DNA from: Enterococcus phage VRE9_2 | DNA: 64,000 bases | Sequence record: PP680568.1 | Direction: 5' to 3' (one strand) | Shown: positions 1 through 9,514 of the stretch, one piece after another | Layout: each line of letters starts with the position of its first letter | Position numbering within the stretch: the stretch's first letter is position 1 | Notes under the pieces: model-generated | What the model saw: the letters and a program-made list of their open reading frames with translations, nothing else | Databases searched by the model: none | Told to the model about the DNA's origin: nothing | Translations under genes and position numbers: made by a program

Positions 1-232
1 AATTCTGATGGTGCTTCAAAACCAGCATAATTTGCTACAACCAAACATTGTTGTACATAATCAATAAATCTATCAAAAATCTCTGGATTATCCTTGAAAT
101 ATTCATCAGTATCCTTTTCCATAGTAAAAGCAAGCTTTGCTTCGCCCTCTTCTTCTAAATATTGGATACCAACTTTTTCATCAACAATTAATTCAAAGAA
201 AAATTTCTCATATTGTATATTGTCCAATTTTA
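1..232 (-). CDS. Hypothetical protein, partial (runs off the window start); start is ATG at 122 or upstream GTG/TTG near 220-232, overlapping the end of the next gene
   Basis: Minus-strand open frame from position 1; coding-like translation (..IQYEKFFFELIVDEKVGIQYLEEEGEAKLAFTMEKDTDEYFKDNPEIFDRF..). Confidence 0.4.
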
Positions 233-1227
233 TCACTCCAATTTCCTTCATAGGTTTTTAATTCACAATCTCCACATATAGGCATATCAGAAAAAGCATT
301 TGTTTTATTACAAGATAAACATTTTACAACAGATCCATATTTTAATATTTCAGATTCTTTTGGCTCTCCTATATATAAATTCTCTCTTTTTGATTTTATA
401 CCTAAAGTAAAATCATTATATACTTGACTTAAATTTGTTTTATAAGTTTTTATATTATCGTCATGAACTGAAATAAAATTCTCTCCAAGAGAAGAGAAGA
501 AAGTATTTTGTAAAGTATTTATTGTAAATTCTTCAATTCCGTTATTTTTATAGGGATACTGCGTAGATAACATTGCTCCTTTATAATCTTTTGAGAAAAC
601 TCCCAAGCGTCTATAAATTTTTTTATCTACGTATTCAACATCATTAAAATTGGGTTTCTCTGTCATTACATAAGTTAAAAATGTATAATTATCTAAACCT
701 GCAGAATATCCTCCAGTATAATGCTCTCCCATAGGTTTATAACATGTAGTCCATCCTCTACCAACCCCCATCATTATAAAATCATAAGGATGAACAGATA
801 TAACCAAATAACTGGATGGGAGAATATATGAATTTTTTATTTGAGAATACATTAATACAATTTCTTCTCCCAATTCTGGAGTTTGATTAATAACCTTAGA
901 TAATTTTTTGCCAGAAGAATGTTTATTCTCTATTAAATCTGAATCATTTAATAGTCCTGCTAATTTAAAGAAGCCAGCATCTATTTTTCTGGTTTCTTTA
1001 TATCGTTCCTTAAATTCTTTTTTAAAATCTCTTTCTGCTTGTGTTTTTATAGCTTTTATATTATCTATTTTAAAAACTAATCTTAGATTATTATCCATCA
1101 TAGCAATTATTTCTTTTTTCTTTTCAGCAACTTGACTGAAAAAATTTTCATAATTATTATACGAAAAGAGACTAACCCCTTGAGAGAGGTTAATCTTTTC
1201 GTACTGACTTTTCATATTTTCTGTCAA
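208..1227 (-). CDS. Unknown protein, member of a three-paralog family (with 2335..3534 and 4700..6571)
   Basis: 339 aa ORF; shared motifs with the paralogs: ..SVHPYDFIMMGV.RGWTTC.. and ..KIYRRLGVF.. (W-R-R-[LM]-G-x-F). Confidence 0.7.
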   Translation of the reverse strand: MTENMKSQYEKINLSQGVSLFSYNNYENFFSQVAEKKKEIIAMMDNNLRLVFKIDNIKAIKTQAERDFKKEFKERYKETRKIDAGFFKLAGLLNDSDLIENKHSSGKKLSKVINQTPELGEEIVLMYSQIKNSYILPSSYLVISVHPYDFIMMGVGRGWTTCYKPMGEHYTGGYSAGLDNYTFLTYVMTEKPNFNDVEYVDKKIYRRLGVFSKDYKGAMLSTQYPYKNNGIEEFTINTLQNTFFSSLGENFISVHDDNIKTYKTNLSQVYNDFTLGIKSKRENLYIGEPKESEILKYGSVVKCLSCNKTNAFSDMPICGDCELKTYEGNWSDKIGQYTI

Positions 1228-1239
1228 ATTTCCACCATC

Positions 1240-2313
1240 TTACTTTCCGTCATTATTTATAGTTTCAGTATAACGTTCTTTTTGTGATACATCTTCTAAG
1301 TATTTTTCTCGACACTCATCGCATAAATGCGACAATACTTCATTGTCTGTATCAGACCAAGAAACTGTCCCTTTATCTAAAAAGCAAAATTCGCATTGTT
1401 CAACTTCTTTTTTTTTATTGCGACTTTTATAGGGGATAAAACTCGTTTCATCATCGTCATAATTTAGATAATCCGATTCATCATAAACGTCTTCATCTCC
1501 CCAGTAACAATAAGAACCATTTTGATAATAATTAGAATATCCATAGTTACCATATCCAGCATAAGAATCTTCTTTATACTCATAAAATTTAGGATTTTGA
1601 TATTGGTCTTCTAAAATTTCCTTTACTTTTCTCTGGGTCTTATACATTTCGTTAATATAAATGCGTTCATAACATGTGTGTTCATCCATATAGCCTGCCG
1701 ATAAATTTACTCCTGCGAAACCAAATTCAGGACAAACTTGACAAATGTCTGTATAAGATCCATTGTGAGTTTTAAAACCAAAACTATTAATATATTCTTC
1801 AAAATCTGTGTTATCTAAATAATAATAGACAGATTCTCCGAAACCTTTTCGATCCAATTGAATAGCGAAATTAATCTCTGTTAAAGCTGTTTGTACATCT
1901 TCTCCAAAGTAATTTTCTACATTTTTTGTGAAGAAACTAGATCCAATAGTTCCAATTTCCTCATCCCAACAAAATAATACATGAGGACGATAGCCTTGTG
2001 TCAACATATCTAAAATGCTAAAAACTCCACAACGATCATCTCCACCAATACCATCAGGACACCATAAAACATTTTTTTCTTTATCGTGGAAAATAGTTTC
2101 CTCTGTTGGAGCTACTGTATGGACTGTATCCAAATGAGCCAACATAAGAACAGGAATATCTCCTTTAGCATAAATAAAACTACCATCAACACGATAAATA
2201 TCTCTAGAATCATACATTGATTCTATTTGACCTAATAAATAAAAATGAAGCCCCTCTTGTGTCATTTGTAAAATGTTTTTAAAGGTTTGTAAACCTAATT
2301 CTTTCTTTTGCAT
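1240..2313 (-). CDS. M20/M28-family zinc metallopeptidase-like protein with acidic, Cys-rich C-terminal tail
   Basis: HLDTVH (HxD), DGIGGDDRCG, WDEEIG (Glu-Glu) metal-ligand pattern typical of M20/M28 peptidases; C-terminal CxxC..CxxC. Confidence 0.55.
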   Translation of the reverse strand: MQKKELGLQTFKNILQMTQEGLHFYLLGQIESMYDSRDIYRVDGSFIYAKGDIPVLMLAHLDTVHTVAPTEETIFHDKEKNVLWCPDGIGGDDRCGVFSILDMLTQGYRPHVLFCWDEEIGTIGSSFFTKNVENYFGEDVQTALTEINFAIQLDRKGFGESVYYYLDNTDFEEYINSFGFKTHNGSYTDICQVCPEFGFAGVNLSAGYMDEHTCYERIYINEMYKTQRKVKEILEDQYQNPKFYEYKEDSYAGYGNYGYSNYYQNGSYCYWGDEDVYDESDYLNYDDDETSFIPYKSRNKKKEVEQCEFCFLDKGTVSWSDTDNEVLSHLCDECREKYLEDVSQKERYTETINNDGK

Positions 2314-2334
2314 TTTATAAAATTCCCCCTTTTT

Positions 2335-3534
2335 TTAATAATCCCAATCATCTTCGTCGTCCCAATATTCATCTTCATCATAATAAGCGTCTTCATCAAA
2401 AAGACCTCCAACTTCAATCGATCCATCAATAAAGAAATCACAAGTTGGGCTTATAACTGAATCAACACCTACTTCAAAACGAACATTGCATAATTCAGTT
2501 TCATCAGTTTCATCATAAAAATCTTTATTGAAATGTTTTCTTAAGATATTTTCAGAATTATTTTCTCCTTCAACATTGTATTTTTGTTTATCTAAAATAA
2601 TCATTGGAACTTTATTCATAGTCCCATGTGTAATATCATTATAGTGAATTTCACTACTTTCTCTAATAGTATTTTCTGCATCAGAAGAATCAATAAATCC
2701 ATAAGCAACATTATCTTCTCCAAAAGTATCTACAAATAATTTGCGTAAAGCTTTAGTATTATTTTTATTAACGCTTGGATATGAACGAGACAAATAAATA
2801 GCATCTAACTCTGTATTAAACATACCCATTCTACGCCAAATTTTATCTGGAATACTGTCTTGACTACCTAAAATAATTTGACAAATAAAACTTGAACCAT
2901 CTAATAAATAAGAAACTGGTCCAGCACCATAACAACCATCAATAATAGAATGACAAGAAGACCATTCTCTGGTTTTGTTTACAGACATCATTAAAATATC
3001 AAGAGGATCAATAGAAACTTCTAAAACTCCTCGAGCTAATAATGATTCATTAAATGCTGACAAATAAATTTGTATTTGGTTAACTAGTTTTTTATTTTTT
3101 AGAACACGCTTAAGAGACTTAGAAATTTTTGCTCCAGCTTGAAATGATTCGCCTAAAATTTCTTTATTTGTCATAAAACGGTTTTTTTGTAATTCTTCTA
3201 AAGAAAAACTACTAAAATAAAGTGCTATAATTTTTCCTTCATTTTCTTCCATGGTCATAGACTTAATTTTAGATAAAAATGAAGAATGAAAAGCATCTTT
3301 AATCTCTGAATTTGATAATGCGTTTTCAACGCTTCCTTCTAATCTTAATTTATTCCCAAACTTCTGAAAAATAGGAAATTTTGCTTGAGCCCAATCTCTT
3401 GCCCATGCTCGTCTAGTATCTGTATCGAAACCACCATTGATGCTATATAAAATATTATCAATTTCTTCCCAAGATTTTTTCATCATTGGTTCCATCAAAT
3501 TTAATTTTTCTTCGATAGTATATGTTTTTTCCAT
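2335..3534 (-). CDS. Unknown protein, paralog family (see 208..1227); acidic DE/W/Y-rich C-terminus
   Basis: 399 aa; motifs ..IDPLDILMMSV..REWSSC.. and ..KIWRRMGMF.. shared with paralogs. Confidence 0.7.
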   Translation of the reverse strand: MEKTYTIEEKLNLMEPMMKKSWEEIDNILYSINGGFDTDTRRAWARDWAQAKFPIFQKFGNKLRLEGSVENALSNSEIKDAFHSSFLSKIKSMTMEENEGKIIALYFSSFSLEELQKNRFMTNKEILGESFQAGAKISKSLKRVLKNKKLVNQIQIYLSAFNESLLARGVLEVSIDPLDILMMSVNKTREWSSCHSIIDGCYGAGPVSYLLDGSSFICQIILGSQDSIPDKIWRRMGMFNTELDAIYLSRSYPSVNKNNTKALRKLFVDTFGEDNVAYGFIDSSDAENTIRESSEIHYNDITHGTMNKVPMIILDKQKYNVEGENNSENILRKHFNKDFYDETDETELCNVRFEVGVDSVISPTCDFFIDGSIEVGGLFDEDAYYDEDEYWDDEDDWDY

Positions 3535-3561
3535 TGCAAAATCTCCCTTTTTTTTATTTTA

Positions 3562-3804
3562 TTATTGTAAATTAAAATTTACTCCTTGTTTTGTTAAAAA
3601 ATATTTTCGAGGAGTATCAGCAGTTTTGTCTACTAGTCCTTTTTTGTTTAATGAAGTTAATACACCTGGAACACCATTAGGCATCATAAATGCTAATTCT
3701 GCCACACGTTTCGAAAATACTGCATCTTCTTCTTTATCAATATGAGCTTCTTGTAAAGCTTTTAAAACTTGCATACCTTTTTCTGTTAATTTAATTTCTT
3801 CCAT
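3562..3804 (-). CDS. Small protein with C-terminal motif related to the six-member small-protein family
   Basis: 80 aa; ..PGVLTSLNKKGLVDKTADTPRKYFLTKQG resembles ..TPSRLKALKEEGFLEDLGGSPKKYKV of 7021..7389. Confidence 0.45.
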   Translation of the reverse strand: MEEIKLTEKGMQVLKALQEAHIDKEEDAVFSKRVAELAFMMPNGVPGVLTSLNKKGLVDKTADTPRKYFLTKQGVNFNLQ

Positions 3805-4011
3805 TTAAAATCCGCTCCTATTTTTTATTATCAATTCATTTTCTATAATATAATTATAACAAATTGAACTAACTTTTTCAAATTGTGTGTTTACATAAGC
3901 TATCTGACTTTTTGTTTCTTTCATTTAACTTATAATTAATTATATCATTTAATATATAAAAACTCAAATAAAAAATCCCAATCATCTAGATTGGGATTAA
4001 TTTTAAATAAT

Positions 4012-4326
4012 TTATGCTCCAGCTTGACTAACTGTAATTTCAATTGTAGATTGATCAGAAAGAGTAGCTGTTCCTCCAGTTACTTTACCAGATTCGTCTG
4101 TTGTTAAGGCAATAGCCGTAATAGATTTTCCATCTGTACCATTTGCCCCAGCAGCTCCTTTTGCACCGGCATCCCCCTTGTCTCCTTTAGGTCCGGCAGG
4201 TCCAGTCTCACCTGGATCTCCTTTAGGTCCTTTTTGTTCTTGTAAGAAATCTACTAAAGAAGCAAATGATTCTTGTGTCATAGTTTTACCAGTTGCAAAT
4301 AATGCTTTAATTTGTTCTGCGTTCAT
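4012..4326 (-). CDS. Collagen-like Gly-X-Y repeat protein
   Basis: GPKGDPGETGPAGPKGDKGDAGAKGAAGANGTDG triplet repeats. Confidence 0.6.
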   Translation of the reverse strand: MNAEQIKALFATGKTMTQESFASLVDFLQEQKGPKGDPGETGPAGPKGDKGDAGAKGAAGANGTDGKSITAIALTTDESGKVTGGTATLSDQSTIEITVSQAGA

Positions 4327-4387
4327 TTTGTTTCCTCCTATTTTTAAATATATTTGAGAACTTATCTCTTTTTATTATGAAAAAGTC

Positions 4388-4603
4388 TTATTCTGCTTTT
4401 CCAACTTTTGCCTTACCTACTATAGCTTTTCCTACAATAGATTCTTCACCTAATTCTTCTTCTTTTTTATAAGCAATAGCTTTATCCGTAGGACAAATCA
4501 TATAATAGAAATCTTCCGTTTTGTTTTTACGATAATTAATAACCATATAATTTTCTTCATATTCTCGTCCACAATGAGAACATACATAAATATCTTTTTT
4601 CAT
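4388..4603 (-). CDS. Small zinc-ribbon protein with VGKA repeats
   Basis: CSHCGREY...YYMICPTDK; C-terminal VGKAIVGKAKVGKAE. Confidence 0.45.
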   Translation of the reverse strand: MKKDIYVCSHCGREYEENYMVINYRKNKTEDFYYMICPTDKAIAYKKEEELGEESIVGKAIVGKAKVGKAE

Positions 4604-4699
4604 TCTCTTTCCTCCTTTTGGTAATCGCTAATACTATTAAAAAGACCTAATTTGAAACAATAAAATAAAGCCCTATTTTATAATAGGGCTTAAATCTTA

Positions 4700-6571
4700 T
4701 TATTCTTTTACTTCGCCAGTTAATAAGAAGTCAATGAATTCTTTATTAATAGGACTGTCTCCAGTCAAACGGAATTCAAAAGAACTATCTTCAAGAGGCT
4801 CCCATGAAAAACCTAAAGAATCTAAAATAATTTTAGTTTTTAATTGAAATTCTTCTTCTCGATTTTCACATTTGAAAATATAATCCTTTAGAATTTCAAA
4901 ACAATCTTTTTTAGATGTACCTAATTCTTGATACTTTTTGAAAATTTTATTCATTTTCCAAGCTTCATCAAGAATGTTTGGTAGTTCCTGAGAAAAGATT
5001 TCTTTCCATTCATCAGAATCAATATCTTCTGTATTTTCATGATATTTTCCGTCAACTTTCCAAATAAAGCAATCATGGATACAAGCAGTTACTCCATTTG
5101 ATAATTCTACAACATCTTCTTGAAGCATATAACTATCAAGAGTTTCGCACCATGCAGCATCAGAAGTTAAGAGATATTCTTCTAAATGATCTGAGTAAGT
5201 AGCATCTTTTGTATAAACCCAAGAATCTTCTTTGGAGCCAATCGCATGAACTGCTTCTTCTCCCCAAATATTTTCTCCTTCTTTGGTAGACCAAATGGTT
5301 TCTTCTCCACAGCATTCACAAACATAGACAATATCTCCAAAAGTATCTAATACTCGAACACCATAATCTTCATCAAAACGTTCTTCACAAGATGGACAAA
5401 TTGATCTTGAACCATAGTAACATTCTTCACAAAGCCCTGAACAATTTGCAGGATCATCTTTAGAACCACATTCGAGACAAACAAAGGCGCTTTGTGCATT
5501 AATTGGGATAGTTTTGCCTTCTTCCGCCTGAAAAAGAACAGGAGATCGTAAACCTCGAATTGCATCATTCCAGTTGAAAGCATCTACATAACCATATTCA
5601 TTACAATCTGAACCATTTCTCCAACGAAAACGAGTTAAATTTTCTTCAATTTGGTTAATTTTCGCATTACCTTCCCAACCCAATAAAGATAAGGTTGCAT
5701 TACTAATCATATTTTGTAATCCATTATTCAAACGGGGATATCCTTTTTGAGATAAAAGAACTGGAACAGTTTCTTCTTCATAGTCAACTTCAGAAACGAA
5801 CATCATTTGACGCCATACTTTTGGAGCTAAATAACCAAACTCTTCTAAATCTTTTTCCATTACAGTAAAACCAACAAAAGCATCTGGTCCAACCATGTAA
5901 CCTAGTGTACCATTATTATATTCACCTTCGTCAGGGTGCATACATGAACGCCAGCTATTTCCATAACTAATTAAGAATAAATCTTCTGGTCTGATAGATA
6001 GAACAATTTTTCGTCCATCAAAATTTGCCCCTGATGCAAAACTAGCCATTTCTCCACCAACAATTTTATTTTTAATGTCAGAAACCGCTTCTTTTAATTT
6101 CCTAGTTGAAGAAACGTTTTGAGCAGACAATACTGACATATCAACTAAAGAGTTTAAAACTTTAGTTAAACGTTGTCCATGGAAAGGTAACATTTTGAAT
6201 TCATCTTTCATAATTACCTTTTTATTTTCAACTCTGATTTTGTCAAAAGTATTATAAACTGATGTTTTAAAAACGTCAATGAAATTATAAGAAATATCCA
6301 AGTCACGTAAATCAGAATATAATCCATCATCTACATAATTTTTCATTTCTTCAAATGAAAATTCTTCCATGAAATCTTTGAAATCTTTAGGATCTAAGAC
6401 AATCCTTCCATTTGTTCCATCAAAGATTTTTTGTAGGTAAGAGTTTTTCATTTCCATTCCTTTTGCATAATAATCTAAATATTGTGAGTCTGATAATGAG
6501 CCCCACTCATAAAATTCATTAAAGATTTCTTTTAAATTTGCTTTAACCTCTTCAACGCTATAATTTAACAT
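4700..6571 (-). CDS. Large unknown protein, paralog family (see 208..1227) with multi-Cys zinc-ribbon cluster
   Basis: 623 aa; ..ISYGNSWRSCMHPDEG.. and ..KVWRQMMFV..; CLECGS..CSGLCEEC..CPSCEE..CECCGEE. Confidence 0.7.
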   Translation of the reverse strand: MLNYSVEEVKANLKEIFNEFYEWGSLSDSQYLDYYAKGMEMKNSYLQKIFDGTNGRIVLDPKDFKDFMEEFSFEEMKNYVDDGLYSDLRDLDISYNFIDVFKTSVYNTFDKIRVENKKVIMKDEFKMLPFHGQRLTKVLNSLVDMSVLSAQNVSSTRKLKEAVSDIKNKIVGGEMASFASGANFDGRKIVLSIRPEDLFLISYGNSWRSCMHPDEGEYNNGTLGYMVGPDAFVGFTVMEKDLEEFGYLAPKVWRQMMFVSEVDYEEETVPVLLSQKGYPRLNNGLQNMISNATLSLLGWEGNAKINQIEENLTRFRWRNGSDCNEYGYVDAFNWNDAIRGLRSPVLFQAEEGKTIPINAQSAFVCLECGSKDDPANCSGLCEECYYGSRSICPSCEERFDEDYGVRVLDTFGDIVYVCECCGEETIWSTKEGENIWGEEAVHAIGSKEDSWVYTKDATYSDHLEEYLLTSDAAWCETLDSYMLQEDVVELSNGVTACIHDCFIWKVDGKYHENTEDIDSDEWKEIFSQELPNILDEAWKMNKIFKKYQELGTSKKDCFEILKDYIFKCENREEEFQLKTKIILDSLGFSWEPLEDSSFEFRLTGDSPINKEFIDFLLTGEVKE

Positions 6572-6941
6572 AAATGAAAAACTCCCTTTCTTTAACTTAT
6601 ATAAATATTATATCATTTTAAAAATTACTTTTCAAATAATGTTTTTTAAAATCTAAACTTTATTTGAATTTTCGTTTCTAAAACTTGATTACAAAACTAT
6701 TATATAATTTTAAAAAAAGTTTTTCAACCAAGAGCAACAAGGATTTCGCCTCTGACTAAAAACGTATTTGACTTTTTTCGTTTAATATATATTTTTATAA
6801 ATATTTTTTTATATAAAAAGGAAGTTTTTTGTTCGTGCATTACAAATCGGCTCCCCCATCATTGCTCTCTTGGGTTGACTTTTTTATGTTCAATATATAT
6901 AATTAATATAGAGTTTTGAGTAATTCTCAGAGTAAAAATTC

Positions 6942-6970
6942 TTGACTTTTTGATTATTATATGTTATAAT
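6942..6970 (+). promoter_or_regulatory. Consensus sigma-A-type promoter (TTGACT-N17-TATAAT) for the rightward operon
   Basis: TTGACT at 6942-6947, TATAAT at 6965-6970, TG-extended -10 (TGTTATAAT). Confidence 0.6.
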
Positions 6971-7020
6971 TAATCATAAAGATAAATAAAGAATTAAAAT
7001 TTGAAGGAGTGTATTTTTAA

Positions 7021-7389
7021 ATGAAAGAAGAAATTATTAAAAAATTTATGAACGCCTTAAACATTTCAAGAGAAGCAGCTTTGGAGTTATATGATTATGA
7101 TGAACGAGTAGAAAAAAGTAATAAGCCTGTAGAAGGGGAAATTGTAGTTAAAAAGGTTCCTAAAACTTCAAAGAAAAAAGGTATTCAAAAAGAAGAATTA
7201 GATGCAATGAAAGATTTGTTATCTAAAATGTTTCCGAATGGAGAAGAGTTTAAAAATAGTCAATTATCTCCATTATGTGAAGAATTAAACTTAACTAATA
7301 GACAGACTCCTTCAAGATTAAAAGCATTAAAAGAAGAAGGTTTCTTAGAAGACTTAGGTGGTTCACCTAAAAAATATAAGGTTAAATAA
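7021..7389 (+). CDS. Small protein, six-member paralog family with conserved C-terminal (T/S)PxRLKxLxxxGxLE..KKYKV motif (possible winged-helix)
   Basis: 122 aa; C-terminus NRQTPSRLKALKEEGFLEDLGGSPKKYKVK nearly identical to C-terminus of 48667..49116. Confidence 0.6.
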   Translation: MKEEIIKKFMNALNISREAALELYDYDERVEKSNKPVEGEIVVKKVPKTSKKKGIQKEELDAMKDLLSKMFPNGEEFKNSQLSPLCEELNLTNRQTPSRLKALKEEGFLEDLGGSPKKYKVK

Positions 7390-7408
7390 GACAAAATGTC
7401 TTGGTTTT
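7381..7408 (+). terminator. Rho-independent terminator hairpin (AAGACA-AAA-TGTCTT + T run)
   Basis: Inverted repeat followed by GGTTTTTT; same hairpin recurs at 24321 and 29496. Confidence 0.55.
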
Positions 7409-7473
7409 TTCAGAGAAACTTTCTTATATTGAGTTTTAAATAAACTACCGATATAGGAGAGGATGAAAGTTTT

Positions 7474-9514
7474 ATGTTAAATGTAATGAAAAAAGATGGT
7501 CATATTGAAATTTTTGACACGAAGAAAATTCAGGAGGCAATTTTAGCTTCTGCAAGGAAAATTCTTTCTAATGAAGAAGAATATGATATGCAGCAAAAAG
7601 CTTTAATTATTGCGAATGAGGTAGCTCGTTTCTTAAATTCAACTGAAGATGAAAATGCAGTTATTATGACATCTAAAATTCATAATGTTGTTCTGGAGAT
7701 TCTATCCAAAGAATGGGAAGTCGTTGGAGCTTCTTATGGAATGTATAGAAACTATAGAAAACAAATGGCTAAAACATTTTTAAAAAGTTATGAGGAATCT
7801 GAAACTGTACTCCACGATGGAGATAAAGAAAATGCTAATAAAGATAGTGATTTGAATAGTACAAAACAAGCTTTAATTGCAAATAATAATATGCGTGGTT
7901 ATATGGAAACATTTGAAATGGATAAAGATTGGATTGAAGCTCATAAACAAGGTTGGATACACATTCATGATTTAGCAGAGCGTTATTTGCGCCAGCAAAA
8001 TTGTTGTTTGTTTAACATGGCAGGTTTATTAGATGGTGGGTTCCAATTAAATGGAACAGTTTATGCAGAGCCTAAACATTTTGATTCTGCTATTAATGTA
8101 GTAGGAGATGTTACTTTGTTTGCATCTGCACAGCAATATGGCGGTTTTACTATTCCTGAAATAGATACTGTTTTAGCTAAATACGCTGAAAAAAGTTATC
8201 AATCAAATTTAAAATTTATTTTAGATAAATTTGGAGATATTACTAATGAAGATATTATGGAAACACTAGAACAAACAGCTTACGACATGACTGTTAGAGA
8301 GCTAGAACAAGGCTTTCAAGGCTTTGAAACAAAATTAAATACAATTAGTAATTCTTTAGGACAAATTCCTTTTGTAACAATTACTTTTGGTTTGGATACA
8401 ACTCAATGGGGAAGAGAAATTTCTAAAGCTATTTTGAATGTACGGATTAAAGGGATTGGAGAAAATAAATCAACAGCGGTATTTCCTAAATTATCTTTTT
8501 TACATAGAAAGGAAATTAATGGAAATCCAGAATCTCCTAATTATGATATTAAACAATTAGGGATTCAATGTTCTCGATTAAGATTATATCCTGATTGGCT
8601 GTCCCTAGATAGTGGAAATCTTGCAGAAGTATATGAAAGATCTAATCAAGTTGTATCTGGGATGGGATGTCGAGCATATTTAAGTCCATTTTGGGACGAG
8701 CAAGGAAATGAAATTTACACTGGACGATCTAATATTGGAGCCGTTACATTGAACCTTCCTAAAATTGGTTTAGAATCAAAAGGGGATTGGAATAAATTTT
8801 TTGATCTAGTAGATAAATATTCTGATATTGTTTTTGCTATTCATGAAGATTATTATACTAAAATTAGTAAAACAAAAGGTTCTTCTAACCCTCTATATTT
8901 CTGTGAAGGTGGAGCTTGGACAAAAGTAGGCTATGATGAAGAAGTTGGGAAGATATATGAAGCTTCAACTGCTTCATTGGGATATATTGGAATTTATGAA
9001 ACATTAAAAGCAATGAATGTTTCAAAAGAAGAATATCTTAAATATGGGACTAAAATTGTTGCATATTTGAAAAAATTAACAGAAAAAGCTACAATTAATT
9101 ATAATCATTTATATGCACTTTATTCAACCCCAGCAGAAAGTTTATGCTATAGATTCCAGAAAATTAATCGTAAATATTATGGAGTAATTGAAGATGTAAC
9201 TGATAGAGAGTACATTACAAATTCTTTCCATGTTCCAGTATGGGAAGATGTTAGCGTTCCTGAAAAAATTGCTTTTGAAGCACCATTCCATAAACTTGCA
9301 ACAGGTGGGCGAATTTCTTATAATGAATTTGTTTATGGAGTAGATAATTCTGTGCTAGAACAAGCAATTAACTTTGCTATGGAAAATGGAATGTATTATG
9401 GAGTTAATGTTGTTGCAGGAACTTGTAATCAATGTGGTTATAGTGGAGATTTCCATGACAATTGTCCTAAATGTGGTACCCATGATATTACAGTAGTAAC
9501 GAGAGTTTGTGGGT
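7474..9514 (+). CDS. nrdD: Anaerobic ribonucleoside-triphosphate reductase NrdD, exon 1 (interrupted at the glycyl-radical RVCG|Y codon)
   Basis: N-terminal ATP-cone; ORF ends ..VVTRVCG followed by intron; last exon-1 base T at 9514 joins AT at 10541 to give Tyr. Confidence 0.8.

Noticed and set aside
4012-4326. Collagen-like ORF as a low-complexity artefact
   Set aside because: Kept as a gene: the Gly-X-Y periodicity is maintained over about 45 residues with a proper start, RBS and non-repetitive N-terminal sequence, unlike an AT-rich random frame.
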